Of a stretch of 64,000 bases of DNA, positions 31,490 through 40,142 are shown in pieces (the stretch's first letter is position 1; each line of letters opens with the position of its first letter). The translations under genes were made by a program, and so were the position numbers. Origin of the DNA: Acidimicrobiales bacterium (GTDB lineage: Bacteria; Actinomycetota; Acidimicrobiia; Acidimicrobiales; JAJPHD01); NCBI GenBank assembly GCA_050744085.1, contig JBOGGU010000139.1, forward strand, positions 34,809 through 98,808, given 5' to 3'. The notes beneath the pieces are model-generated. The model saw nothing but the letters and a program-made list of their open reading frames with translations, had not been told where the DNA came from and did not search any database.

Positions 31490-32062
31490 TCAGGCAGGGC
31501 CTAGGAGCACATCGACGTTCAGGGCCACCCCCGGAAGGGTCTCGACCACCAGGGTGTCGCTCCGCCGGGCACGGCGGGTCGTTGCGTAGCCGTCGGGTCG
31601 AGGGTCAGCGAACACCCGGACCTCCATGGCGGTTACATCCACCACCCAAAGCTGTGGCACCCCGGCCCTGGCGTAGCGGGGAGCTTTGTAGTTGACGTCC
31701 CAGTTGAGGGTGGAGTCCGCCACCTCGATGATCAGGAACACGTCGCTGGCCATCGCTATGTGGCCGTCGGGCGAATCCAGGCCGTGCTTCACCAGCGCCA
31801 AGTCCGGCTCAGGCTCGGAGTAGTCGTCCAGCTGGACCGGGCACTGCACCGAGACCAGTGCTCGGTCCCCCACCGCGTTGACGAGCAGGTGGTTGAGGCG
31901 TAGAACACAGGCATAGTGCGGATGCCCCATGGCGGCCATCTGGAAGACCTCCCCGTCGAGCAGCTCGACGTGCGAATCGCCCTGGAAGAGCCCGGCCTCG
32001 GCCATGCGGCGCCACTCCTCGACACTGAACGCGTGACGGGCGGGAGCCTGCTCGAGAACCAC
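31490..32062 (-). CDS. Uma2 (DUF820) family endonuclease-like protein
   Basis: 190 aa. VELLDGEV, EPDLALV, LIIEVADST...D...K...YARAGVPQLWVVD. Confidence 0.8.
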   Translation of the reverse strand: MVLEQAPARHAFSVEEWRRMAEAGLFQGDSHVELLDGEVFQMAAMGHPHYACVLRLNHLLVNAVGDRALVSVQCPVQLDDYSEPEPDLALVKHGLDSPDGHIAMASDVFLIIEVADSTLNWDVNYKAPRYARAGVPQLWVVDVTAMEVRVFADPRPDGYATTRRARRSDTLVVETLPGVALNVDVLLGPA

Positions 32063-32214
32063 GCCCTGAGCCTACGCTTCTCTCCGGTCGCCGCGACGCT
32101 GGGCCAATCGGACGCTGGGCCAATCGTTAGGGAGTTGACGGGCTCGTCCAGTCATGAGTAATGTCCGGTTTGTCCCCACTGGGGGGGTTTGACTTGGCCG
32201 ATGTCAGCGATGAT

Positions 32215-33744
32215 CTACTCGGAGGATATGGAATGTCGATAGAAAGCATCACTCGAAACCGGACTCTTCGTCTCGTGTCCCTCATCGTTGCCAGCGTGGC
32301 CATCTTGGCGGCTGTTATCTTTGGAAGCGTCCCCGTCACCGGTGCCCAGACGCCCAGTGGTGCGGGAGCCCCGGCGGCGGTCCTGACCGTGCACGGCTGA
32401 CCCGGCTCGGCGCAGGTCGCCGATCCCGAACGCCAGCAGGGCGAGCACTGCGAGTCGGAGCTGAACGCTGCCTTCGAGCATGTGGCGTGTCACCTCCTGG
32501 CCTTCGGCCTGCCAGGCGATCAGCATCGCCAGCAGCCCGATGAGGGCAAGGGCGCCGGGAACCTGCCACTCCCGTGATCGCCACAGGCCTCTGCGGCGGG
32601 CCAGTGCGAGGCAGAGGGCCAGGGCGGCCATGGCCGTGGTGGCCCACCAGCGGTACAGGGAGGTGGTCAGCACTGGGGTCGTTGGCGAGCCTGATGCTGC
32701 GTAGAAGCCGAGGTCCCCGTTGGCGTAGTTGAACGCCTCCTGGGGGGACTGGAATGGAGCGCTCACCAAGAACACTGGGTGGGTGAGCAACCAGAGCGCG
32801 TAGGTGGTGGTGGCGTGGCCGGCGTCGATCCAGGCGAAGAGGGGGGCGGTGGCGGCGGTGTCGGTCGGGGCGACGACCGGAGCCGCACCGGGAGGCGTCT
32901 TCGTGCGGGCCGCCAGGGCCTCCACCAGGCCCACGTCGGGCATGCCATGGGCGGCGAAGAAGGCGTCCCGGGCCGGGTAGGGAAAGACCCGGACGTAGAG
33001 GTCGTCGAGGGTGTAGGTGCCGTCCCTTCCGGCCGCAGCGGCGAGGCCCTCGGCGAGGATGGCGACGGTGAGCAGGGCGGCTCCCAGGGCCTGGAGCCGG
33101 CGGGGTGAACGTCGGCGGGAAACGACCCCAGCCACAACGAGCAGGCCGACAGCGACAATGCCGACGGTGACCGTGTTGGAGTCGCGCGAGAAGGCCATAC
33201 CGATGGCCGACACCACGACAGCGCCGAACCAGGCTCGGCCCGGCTTGCTCGCAAAGCCGACGAGGGTGGCGACAAAGAGTGCCACGAATGCCAGAGTGGT
33301 CGTCTCGGACAGGATCGAGCGGTCCCACTGGGTGACGTACTGGCTGGAAGCCAAGGCTAGCACCAGGGCCGTGGCCAGGACCTGCGCCCAGGCCTGTCGC
33401 ACCCTGGTGGCGATCACCCCCGCCGTCGTGGACCACGCGATCACGGCGATCACCGTTTGAGCCAGGACGAAGCTCGTCTGAGTGCCGGTTAGCTTCCACA
33501 GCAGCGGCACCAAGGGCGGGAAGTGGCCAGCCCAGAACCCGCCGCTGAGGATCGACATCGTGCCCACCGACTCGTAGAACTTGGTGTCCTGCCAGATCAG
33601 GGCTGGCCCGGCGAGCGCCTCCCAGATCCGGTAAGCGGCAAAGGCGCCCATGAAGGCGCCCATGACGACCCAGCAGTATCTCGTCGTGCCCGAGGCGCCA
33701 GGCGAGCGGGTCGCCGCCACTCGCGGCAGTGTCGTGCTGGCCAT
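32215..33744 (-). CDS. Polytopic membrane protein, GT-C-like (putative glycosyl/arabinosyl-transferase-like); function uncertain
   Basis: About 11 hydrophobic spans plus a large loop near the C-terminal third. The start is taken at MASTTLPRV (33744). The hydrophilic C-terminal ~60 aa overlap an AT-richer region and a convergent small ORF. Confidence 0.55.
   Translation of the reverse strand: MASTTLPRVAATRSPGASGTTRYCWVVMGAFMGAFAAYRIWEALAGPALIWQDTKFYESVGTMSILSGGFWAGHFPPLVPLLWKLTGTQTSFVLAQTVIAVIAWSTTAGVIATRVRQAWAQVLATALVLALASSQYVTQWDRSILSETTTLAFVALFVATLVGFASKPGRAWFGAVVVSAIGMAFSRDSNTVTVGIVAVGLLVVAGVVSRRRSPRRLQALGAALLTVAILAEGLAAAAGRDGTYTLDDLYVRVFPYPARDAFFAAHGMPDVGLVEALAARTKTPPGAAPVVAPTDTAATAPLFAWIDAGHATTTYALWLLTHPVFLVSAPFQSPQEAFNYANGDLGFYAASGSPTTPVLTTSLYRWWATTAMAALALCLALARRRGLWRSREWQVPGALALIGLLAMLIAWQAEGQEVTRHMLEGSVQLRLAVLALLAFGIGDLRRAGSAVHGQDRRRGSRTTGRLGTGDGDASKDNSRQDGHAGNDEGHETKSPVSSDAFYRHSISSE
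32233..32400 (+). CDS. Possible small signal-peptide/TM protein (55 aa)
   Basis: ggaggatatggaATG gives an RBS-like context. RNRTLRLVSLIVASVAILAAVIFGSVPVTGA has an n-h-c signal shape. Third-position GC is only modest by my count, and the ORF overlaps the tail of the convergent membrane-protein ORF. Confidence 0.25.
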   Translation: MSIESITRNRTLRLVSLIVASVAILAAVIFGSVPVTGAQTPSGAGAPAAVLTVHG

Positions 33745-33771
33745 CTCAGTGGGCAGCCTACGCTCAGGGCT

Positions 33772-33960
33772 ATGTCGATACCCGATCACGCTCCGTGTGA
33801 CCCGGCCAAGCTGTTGGCTGCCTGGATCGAGTGGGAGCGGGGTGAGACCCCACCCGGCCGGGTGATGAGCAACCTCAAGACCGGCGGGCTGCGCGATGTG
33901 CTGGAGCATCTGGCCGCCACCGGCTGGGTGATGCCCAGGGAGACAACCGCGGCCCCCTGA
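33772..33960 (+). CDS. Hypothetical small protein (62 aa)
   Basis: The ATG lies 27 nt from the divergent membrane-protein start. I recognise no family. Confidence 0.3.
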   Translation: MSIPDHAPCDPAKLLAAWIEWERGETPPGRVMSNLKTGGLRDVLEHLAATGWVMPRETTAAP

Positions 33961-34005
33961 GGCAATCCAACGCTGGGAGCGGGCCCTGCCTAGCCGGCGT
34001 CGCGG

Positions 34006-34665
34006 TCAGGATCTGGCTTCCAACGTCTTGCGTGCCCAGGCGTGGCGGGAAGCAGCCAGCTCGGGGACTTCCAACAGCTCGGCTGCGCGGTCGCGCTCGG
34101 TGTGGCAGATCCTGGCCACTTCGCCCAGGGTGAGGCTGTCGTGTCGCTGGTGGTCCACGCCTATCGAGTCCCCGGCAGCCAGCTCGCCCTCCTCGACTAT
34201 CCGCAGGTAAGCCCCGGTGCGACCCTCCTTCAGGAACCGGTCCGGGAAGCCGTCGTCACCTACGCGGATGCCCAGCTTGTAGCAGGGGGTCCGTGGCTGG
34301 GACACCTCCAGCAAGACGGTTCCCACCCGCCAGCGGTCGCCAACCAGCGTCCCGCAGAGGTCCAGGCCGGCTGTGGTCAGGTTCTCGCCAAAGCTTGCTG
34401 GCTCCAGGTCCCGGCCAAGCCGAGCGGACCACCAGGCGTAGTCCTCGACCGAGTAGGCGTAGACTGCCTTGTCGGGCCCGCCGTGGACCCTGCGGTCGGC
34501 CTGCTCGTCGCCTACCAGGTTGAAGCCGCGCACGGCCACCGGGCCGGTTACCGGGACCTTGCAGATTCCGGAGCTGACGGTCCTGCCCCGCCAGGCAAGC
34601 TCCTTGGGGCGACCGACGTTGAGCGAGACCAGCGCCCCGATGGTTGGCGCGGTCCCCATTGTCAT
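34006..34665 (-). CDS. MOSC-domain protein (YiiM-like)
   Basis: GDEQADRRVHGGPDKAVY, GENL and QPRTPCYKLG (the conserved MOSC Cys). Confidence 0.85.
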   Translation of the reverse strand: MTMGTAPTIGALVSLNVGRPKELAWRGRTVSSGICKVPVTGPVAVRGFNLVGDEQADRRVHGGPDKAVYAYSVEDYAWWSARLGRDLEPASFGENLTTAGLDLCGTLVGDRWRVGTVLLEVSQPRTPCYKLGIRVGDDGFPDRFLKEGRTGAYLRIVEEGELAAGDSIGVDHQRHDSLTLGEVARICHTERDRAAELLEVPELAASRHAWARKTLEARS

Positions 34666-34670
34666 CGATG

Positions 34671-34781
34671 CTAGTGCTGCGCCGCGAAAGAGCCACGTGT
34701 GTCGCCCAAGGCATCAATCCTGTTCAGAGCAGCCAAGACTCGATAAGCGACACACGTGGCTTTTCCGCTCAGCAGCACTAG
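34671..34781. repeat. 111-bp inverted repeat (35-nt arms, 30/35 complementary, 41-nt spacer) in the divergent promoter region
   Basis: The left arm is ctagtgctgcgccgcgaaagagccacgtgtgtcgc. The reverse complement of the right arm is ctagtgctgctgagcggaaaagccacgtgtgtcgc. The outer 10 nt and inner 15 nt are perfect. Confidence 0.85.
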
Positions 34782-34804
34782 TAGTGTCACACCCCCGGGG
34801 CATA

Positions 34805-35734
34805 ATGGAGGCCGTGTCCTTGCTCGAAGAGCTCAGGGGAGCTGGGCTGGAGCGGCCAGCCACCGACGTGGGGCTTGCGGGCCGCATCCGGGATCAGCTC
34901 GAGGCTGCGGCGGCAGGAGTACCCGCGGGGGTCACGGTGAGGGTCACCAAGCGCCGCCTGCATCAGGTCCTGTTGTGTGAGGCTCACCTGGTTGCGTTGC
35001 TGACAGCGGCCCCCCCGCCTTCCCCGGAGCAGGTTGCCGGCCAGCTCCTCGACTGGTTGTTCGGCCTGGTAGCCACGGGCCAGCCGGTCGGGACGGACCT
35101 GGTGGCGGATGCGCTCGGGGCTGGGGCAGCGTCCGGCGAGTCGGATCTGGCCCGAGACTGGGACTCGCTGTCAGTCGAGGCCCAAGGGGAGGCCCGGATG
35201 ATCGTCGCGGCGTGCTGGCCAGCGCTGGTCGCATGGCCGCAGCTGCCTCCGAGCGCTCTGGTGCGGCTGCAGGAGCCGATTGTTGCCGAGCTGGCTGGTG
35301 GCCGGGTGGTGCTGGCGGGCCGGGCGGACCTGGTGCTCGGCCAACCTGGCGCCGGGAGGGCCGGGTCCAGGCTCATCGACCTCAAGAGCGGCAGGCACCG
35401 CCAGGAGGACGTGGCGGAGGCCGGCTGGTACGCCGTCCTGGAGACGCTGCGACATCGTGCCGCCCCGCTCCAGGTGGGGACCTACTACCTACGCGACGGC
35501 TTCCTGGCCTTGGACGTGGTCACCGCCGAGCTGCTGGAGCAGGCGAGCGGGAGGATCGCCGAGGGCGTTCGTCGCCTGGTGGCGCTGGCTGGCGGCGCGG
35601 AGGCCGAGGCAAACCCGAATCCATTATGCCCCTGGTGCCCGAAGATCGATTCATGTGAGCCGGGCAGGCGGCTCGCCTCCGAGAGGGGCACCTACGTACC
35701 CAGGATGAACCTGGAGGCCAGCGATGAGCTTTGA
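34805..35734 (+). CDS. Cas4/AddB-type PD-(D/E)xK nuclease with a 4-Cys (Fe-S) cluster signature
   Basis: N-terminal Cys (HQVLLCEAH), GRADLVL, SRLIDLKSG (D/E-x-K), GWYAVLE, and C-terminal CPWCPKIDSC (C-x2-C-x5-C). Confidence 0.7.
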   Translation: MEAVSLLEELRGAGLERPATDVGLAGRIRDQLEAAAAGVPAGVTVRVTKRRLHQVLLCEAHLVALLTAAPPPSPEQVAGQLLDWLFGLVATGQPVGTDLVADALGAGAASGESDLARDWDSLSVEAQGEARMIVAACWPALVAWPQLPPSALVRLQEPIVAELAGGRVVLAGRADLVLGQPGAGRAGSRLIDLKSGRHRQEDVAEAGWYAVLETLRHRAAPLQVGTYYLRDGFLALDVVTAELLEQASGRIAEGVRRLVALAGGAEAEANPNPLCPWCPKIDSCEPGRRLASERGTYVPRMNLEASDEL

Positions 35735-36707
35735 GCTGCCAGCCCACCAAGAGGCGGTTCGGGCCGCGGTCCAGGACGGTCTGGCGGGGGAGCCCCCGCT
35801 GTCGGGCGCCGAGCTGGGTGCCCTGCGGGTGGAACTGGTGGAAGGTCTCCGCCCCTTCGCGTCGACACCGCTTCTCGTGGACAGTTACCGGCTGTCGAGA
35901 GTGGCCGCCTGTCCAGCCAGCTACGTGGCAGGTCCCTTCGAGTGGACCGCCCGAGTCGCCCAGCGCTCCCTCGGCCTGCGAGCCCTTCGAGCGATGACAT
36001 CTGATGCCAGGCTCGGCGTGCTCGACGCTGCGGGGGGGGCGATCGACGAGGCGATCGGAGACGACTACTCGGTGGGGAGGTGGCTGGGGGACCAGGACGG
36101 GCCTGCCAGGGGAGCGACCGTGGCGGCCGTGGCCACTTGGGCTTCGCGGTCCTGGGTGGCCGTACCCTGGGGTCGGATCGGGACGGTGAGCCCGACGAGC
36201 GCGGCGTTCAAGTTCCGGCCATTCGGGCGGGGCGGCCAGGTTGCCCTCGAGGCCAGGCCCGATGCAGTCGTCCAGCCAGGTGGGGGACGGCGGGACGACC
36301 CTCGTCAGGTGCTCCTGGGACTGCGGCCAGCGTCCCGGGTCGCCATCGGCTTGGAGGCCCTGGTGTTTGCTCTCGTTCGCAGTGCGGCGCCGATGAGGGT
36401 AGTGACGGTGCAGCCGTCGATTGGCCTGGTGGGGTCAGTGGAGGTAGACGAGGCCCTGCTTAGAGCGGCCGTCGAGGGCGTCGTTGCCGCAGCGCCTGTC
36501 CTCGCTGCCGCCCCTGGGGAGGCGGTGCGGCTCGAGGAGGTGCCCGGCCCCCAGTGCTGGCGCTGCTTCCGGCGCCACCAGTGCCCCACCGGAGGTTTCT
36601 GGCTGGGACACCAGCCCCGTCGGATAGGGGGGATACCCACCGGGGAGCAAGGCACGGTGGCCCGGATCGCCAGGATCAGCGCGGACAACATTGCGAGCAG
36701 CGGATGA
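35724..36707 (+). CDS. Degenerate Cas4-like paralog (Cys cluster kept, catalytic motif eroded)
   Basis: The ATG lies 11 nt before the stop of the previous gene. RVAACPAS, LEARPDAVV, VLLGLRP (in place of D/E-x-K) and C-terminal CWRCFRRHQC. Confidence 0.5.
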   Translation: MSFELPAHQEAVRAAVQDGLAGEPPLSGAELGALRVELVEGLRPFASTPLLVDSYRLSRVAACPASYVAGPFEWTARVAQRSLGLRALRAMTSDARLGVLDAAGGAIDEAIGDDYSVGRWLGDQDGPARGATVAAVATWASRSWVAVPWGRIGTVSPTSAAFKFRPFGRGGQVALEARPDAVVQPGGGRRDDPRQVLLGLRPASRVAIGLEALVFALVRSAAPMRVVTVQPSIGLVGSVEVDEALLRAAVEGVVAAAPVLAAAPGEAVRLEEVPGPQCWRCFRRHQCPTGGFWLGHQPRRIGGIPTGEQGTVARIARISADNIASSG

Positions 36708-37825
36708 CTATCGCGGAGGAGCGAGCTGACTGCAAGTTCCGGTCCATTGCCAGCGCCTTGCGCCAGCGGGGGGAGGCGTTGGCTCTCGTGGACAGCGGCG
36801 TGAACAGCCGCGTGGACAGCGAGGAGCCCAACCGTTGGCGCACGGCGTCCCGGCTTTGCCGCCGCTACGTCGGGGTCAGCCTGGATGAGCTTTACGACAC
36901 GCGCGTCGAGCGGACCCCCTACGGGTCATGCCTGCACCTGGTCGACCGGGTGGCGCCGTTCGAGCTGGGGCTCGCCGGCCCGGACCTGGCGGAGGACACG
37001 ATCCTTTCTGAGCTGAGGCTGGTGTTCGGCGTGGGACCGGTTACCGCCGAGGCGATGCGTGTTGCTGGGGTGAGACGAGTCTCCGAGCTGGTGGGGCATC
37101 GTCGTTTCGGGGGTTCGGCGGCCTGGCTGGTGCAGTGCTGGGAGCGCCAGGACCTGGTGTCTCTGCACGACCACATTCGCCAGCGATTGGGCGGCGCAGG
37201 GCACGGGCTGGGGTTGCTCCTGGCCGGGCTGGTTCCTCCCGAGCGTGTCGTGGTGGTGGACCTCGAGACACTCGGGCTGTGGGGGGCGCCGATCGTCCTG
37301 TTCGGCTTCGCCCGCGTGGAGCGGGGTTGCCTGGAGATACACCAGTACCTGGCCAGGGCAGGCAGCGAGGAGCCCGCGGCTCTGTGGCTGGCACTGAAGG
37401 TGCTGGGAGGATGCGACGTGATGGTCACCTACAACGGCCGTAGCGCAGACTCGCCGTGGATGCGCCAGAGGCTGGCTTACTTTGGGTTCGGGAGGGCGTC
37501 GACCCCCGTGCACCTGGATCTGCTTCATCCGGTGCGCCGGCGTTACCGGGGTGGCGCAGGGTCAGGTGACCCCGCAACCGGAGGCTCGGGACCGGCCGCT
37601 TCGCTCCTCGACTGCCGGCTGGCAACCGTGGAGTCCAACTTGTTGGGGATCGAGCGCTCGGTGGATGACCTGCCGGGCGACGCCGTGCCGCACTTCTACA
37701 GGGAGTACGAGCGGCGGCAGAACGTCGGGCCCCTTATCCCGATCATCGACCACAACCGAGCCGACCTCGTCGCGGTAGGTCGCCTGCTGAGCCACCTCGG
37801 AAGCGATGCCGCCGCCCGCTGGTAG
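36704..37825 (+). CDS. YprB/MrfB-like RNase-H-fold (DEDD-type) exonuclease with an HhH motif
   Basis: ATGA overlap with the previous gene. VVVVDLETLGL, MVTYNGRSADSPWM and IIDHNRADL. An HhH-like LVFGVGPVTAEAM lies upstream of the exonuclease core. Confidence 0.7.
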   Translation: MTIAEERADCKFRSIASALRQRGEALALVDSGVNSRVDSEEPNRWRTASRLCRRYVGVSLDELYDTRVERTPYGSCLHLVDRVAPFELGLAGPDLAEDTILSELRLVFGVGPVTAEAMRVAGVRRVSELVGHRRFGGSAAWLVQCWERQDLVSLHDHIRQRLGGAGHGLGLLLAGLVPPERVVVVDLETLGLWGAPIVLFGFARVERGCLEIHQYLARAGSEEPAALWLALKVLGGCDVMVTYNGRSADSPWMRQRLAYFGFGRASTPVHLDLLHPVRRRYRGGAGSGDPATGGSGPAASLLDCRLATVESNLLGIERSVDDLPGDAVPHFYREYERRQNVGPLIPIIDHNRADLVAVGRLLSHLGSDAAARW

Positions 37826-40136
37826 CCCCGCAGCCGGCTCCGCCGAGGCCGCCCAGCCCGCTGGTAGCCCCAGCCCGCCCCCTGGCGCCCCGACCGCCGG
37901 GCTCGTCGAGGGGCTCCGCAAGCTCGACTCCTACAGAGGCCAGATCACCCACGTCGAGCACATTGCATCCCGACCGGCTCGCGAGGCAACGCTGTCGACC
38001 CCGCTGCCCGAGCCTCTGGGCTCCTATCTGGCCCAGCGGGACCTCCGGCTCTGGTCGCACCAGGTCGCCACGATCGAGGCGGTCCGGGGAGGCGACGACG
38101 TCATCCTCACGACTGCGACAGCCTCAGGCAAGACCCTGGCCTTCAACCTGGCTGTCCTCGAAAGGCTCCACACCGACCCCCAGGCCACAGCTCTGTACCT
38201 CTACCCGATGAAGGCCCTGGCCAACGACCAGCTGGGGACGCTCAGCGACATCGAGGCCGCGACCGGGATCCGCATCGGAGCTGCGGTGTACGACGGCGAC
38301 ACCCCCAAAGGCCGTCGGAGCCGCATACGGGCTGCTTCGAGGCTGGTCGTCACCAACCCGTTCGGGCTCCACGAGTACCTGCCCAGCCACCACCTCTGGG
38401 AGCGCTTCCTGTCCAAGCTGGCGCTGGTGGTGGTCGACGAGGCCCACTGGTACCGAGGCGTGCTCGGATCGAACGTCGCCTTGGTGCTCCGCCGACTCCG
38501 CCGGGTTGCCTCCCATTACGGAGCCGCGCCGTCCTTCGTGCTGGCGTCAGGCACCATAGCCAACCCCGCCGAGCACGCCGCCAACCTCGTTGGTCGTCCC
38601 CATCTCGTGGTCGACACAGACGGTGCGCCCCAGGGCCCGAAGGACTTCGTGGTCTGGGACTCGGCGGTTAACCCTGCTCGTTCGCCGCACCTGCAGGTGG
38701 CCGACCTCCTGGCCCACTTTGCCACCACGGGTCACCAGGCGATCTGCTTCACCGTGTCCAGGCGGATGGCAGAGCTGGTGGCCCGGTGGGCTGCGCAAGC
38801 GGCCCCAGGTCGTCGGATCGCTGCTTACAGGGCGGGATACCTCCCAGGGGATCGGCGCCAGATTGAGGCCGAGCTGCGCAGTCGAGCACTCGACGCGGTG
38901 GCCGCCACCAGCGCTCTCGAGCTGGGCATCGACGTCGGCGAGCTCGATGCGGTGGTGATGGCTGGCTACCCAGGGAGCATCTGCTCCACCTGGCAGCAGG
39001 CCGGGCGGGCCGGGAGGTCCCTGGCGCCCTCGATAGCCGTCCTGGCGGCGTTCGAGGACCCTCTGGACCAGTACCTCGTGAGCCACCCAGAGGAGCTTTT
39101 CGCCCGACCCCACGAGAACGCAGTTGTGGACCTGGCCAATCCCCACATCCTCGCGGGGCACCTCACCTGCGCAGCGGCGGAGCTCCCCCTGCGGGACACC
39201 GACGAGGAGTATTTCGGCCCGCAGCTGGCGCCACTGGTGGCCAGCCTCACCGGGGAGGGCGTGCTTGCCCCGACTCCGATGGGTCACGCCTTTCATGGCA
39301 CCTTCCGGCCGGCCGGGGTTGTGCGCCTCAACGCCGTCGACGAGCACCCTGTGGAGGTGCGATGCGGGGACGAGGTGCTGGAGGTCATATCCGGTCCCCG
39401 GGCGCTGGCCTCGGCCCACCGAGGCGCGATCCTGCTGCATCGAGGCGCCAGCTGGAGGATCGAGTCCCTTGACCCTGAGGCGGGCGTCGCCAGAGCCGTC
39501 GCCGAAGAGACCGAGAGCTATACCGAGACCCTTACCCATACCACCGTTGAGGTGCTGGGCGAGCGGCGCCAGCGTCCGCTCGGAGGGGCAACCTTGTGCC
39601 TCGGCGAGCTGCGGATCTCCCAGCAGTCCTACGCCTACAGGCTCAAGTCAGGGGAGCAGGTGCTGGGGACCTTCCCGCTGGAGCTTGCGCCAGCGGAGAT
39701 GGACACCGTGGGCGCGTGGCTGGCGTTGCCCCCTGAGCTGGCCAGCGGGGTTCGCGCAGGTGCCTACGCCGGCGGCCTCCACGCGGGGGAGCACGCCCTC
39801 ATTCACATGATGCCGCTCCTTGCGATGTGCGACCGCCGAGACGTGGGCGGTTTGTCGAGCGCCCACCACGCCGGGGTGGGCGCCGCCGCCATCTTCGTCT
39901 ACGACGGCTACAAAGGAGGGGTGGGCATCGCCGAGAAGGCATTCGAGCGCTTCGAGCACCTGGCGGAGGTCACATTGGGGCTATTGGAGGGCTGTCGATG
40001 CGAGAGCGGCTGTCCGTCCTGCGTCTACGACCGCAACTGCGGTAGCGACAACCAGCCCATGGACCGCTTGGCGGCTGCAACGATCCTGCGAGGGGTGCTC
40101 CGCCGTCCTGGCAGCCATGCCGGAGCTCGGCGCTAG
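37806..40136 (+). CDS. MrfA/YprA/SftH-like DEAH-box helicase with a C-terminal DUF1998 (4-Cys zinc) domain
   Basis: TATASGKT (motif I), VVVDEAHWYRG (motif II), SGT (motif III), WQQAGRAGR (motif VI), and C-terminal GCRCESGCPSCVYDRNCGSDNQ. The ATG lies 20 nt before the previous stop. Confidence 0.9.
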   Translation: MPPPAGSPAAGSAEAAQPAGSPSPPPGAPTAGLVEGLRKLDSYRGQITHVEHIASRPAREATLSTPLPEPLGSYLAQRDLRLWSHQVATIEAVRGGDDVILTTATASGKTLAFNLAVLERLHTDPQATALYLYPMKALANDQLGTLSDIEAATGIRIGAAVYDGDTPKGRRSRIRAASRLVVTNPFGLHEYLPSHHLWERFLSKLALVVVDEAHWYRGVLGSNVALVLRRLRRVASHYGAAPSFVLASGTIANPAEHAANLVGRPHLVVDTDGAPQGPKDFVVWDSAVNPARSPHLQVADLLAHFATTGHQAICFTVSRRMAELVARWAAQAAPGRRIAAYRAGYLPGDRRQIEAELRSRALDAVAATSALELGIDVGELDAVVMAGYPGSICSTWQQAGRAGRSLAPSIAVLAAFEDPLDQYLVSHPEELFARPHENAVVDLANPHILAGHLTCAAAELPLRDTDEEYFGPQLAPLVASLTGEGVLAPTPMGHAFHGTFRPAGVVRLNAVDEHPVEVRCGDEVLEVISGPRALASAHRGAILLHRGASWRIESLDPEAGVARAVAEETESYTETLTHTTVEVLGERRQRPLGGATLCLGELRISQQSYAYRLKSGEQVLGTFPLELAPAEMDTVGAWLALPPELASGVRAGAYAGGLHAGEHALIHMMPLLAMCDRRDVGGLSSAHHAGVGAAAIFVYDGYKGGVGIAEKAFERFEHLAEVTLGLLEGCRCESGCPSCVYDRNCGSDNQPMDRLAAATILRGVLRRPGSHAGARR

Positions 40137-40142
40137 CTGGAC

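Noticed and set aside
34666-34804. A LexA SOS box or RecA-NDp-type damage promoter upstream of the nuclease/helicase operon
   Set aside because: No TCGAAC-N4-GTTCGA-like palindrome and no convincing TGTCRGTG-N8-TANNNT arrangement could be read there. Damage regulation therefore remains unsupported by the sequence.
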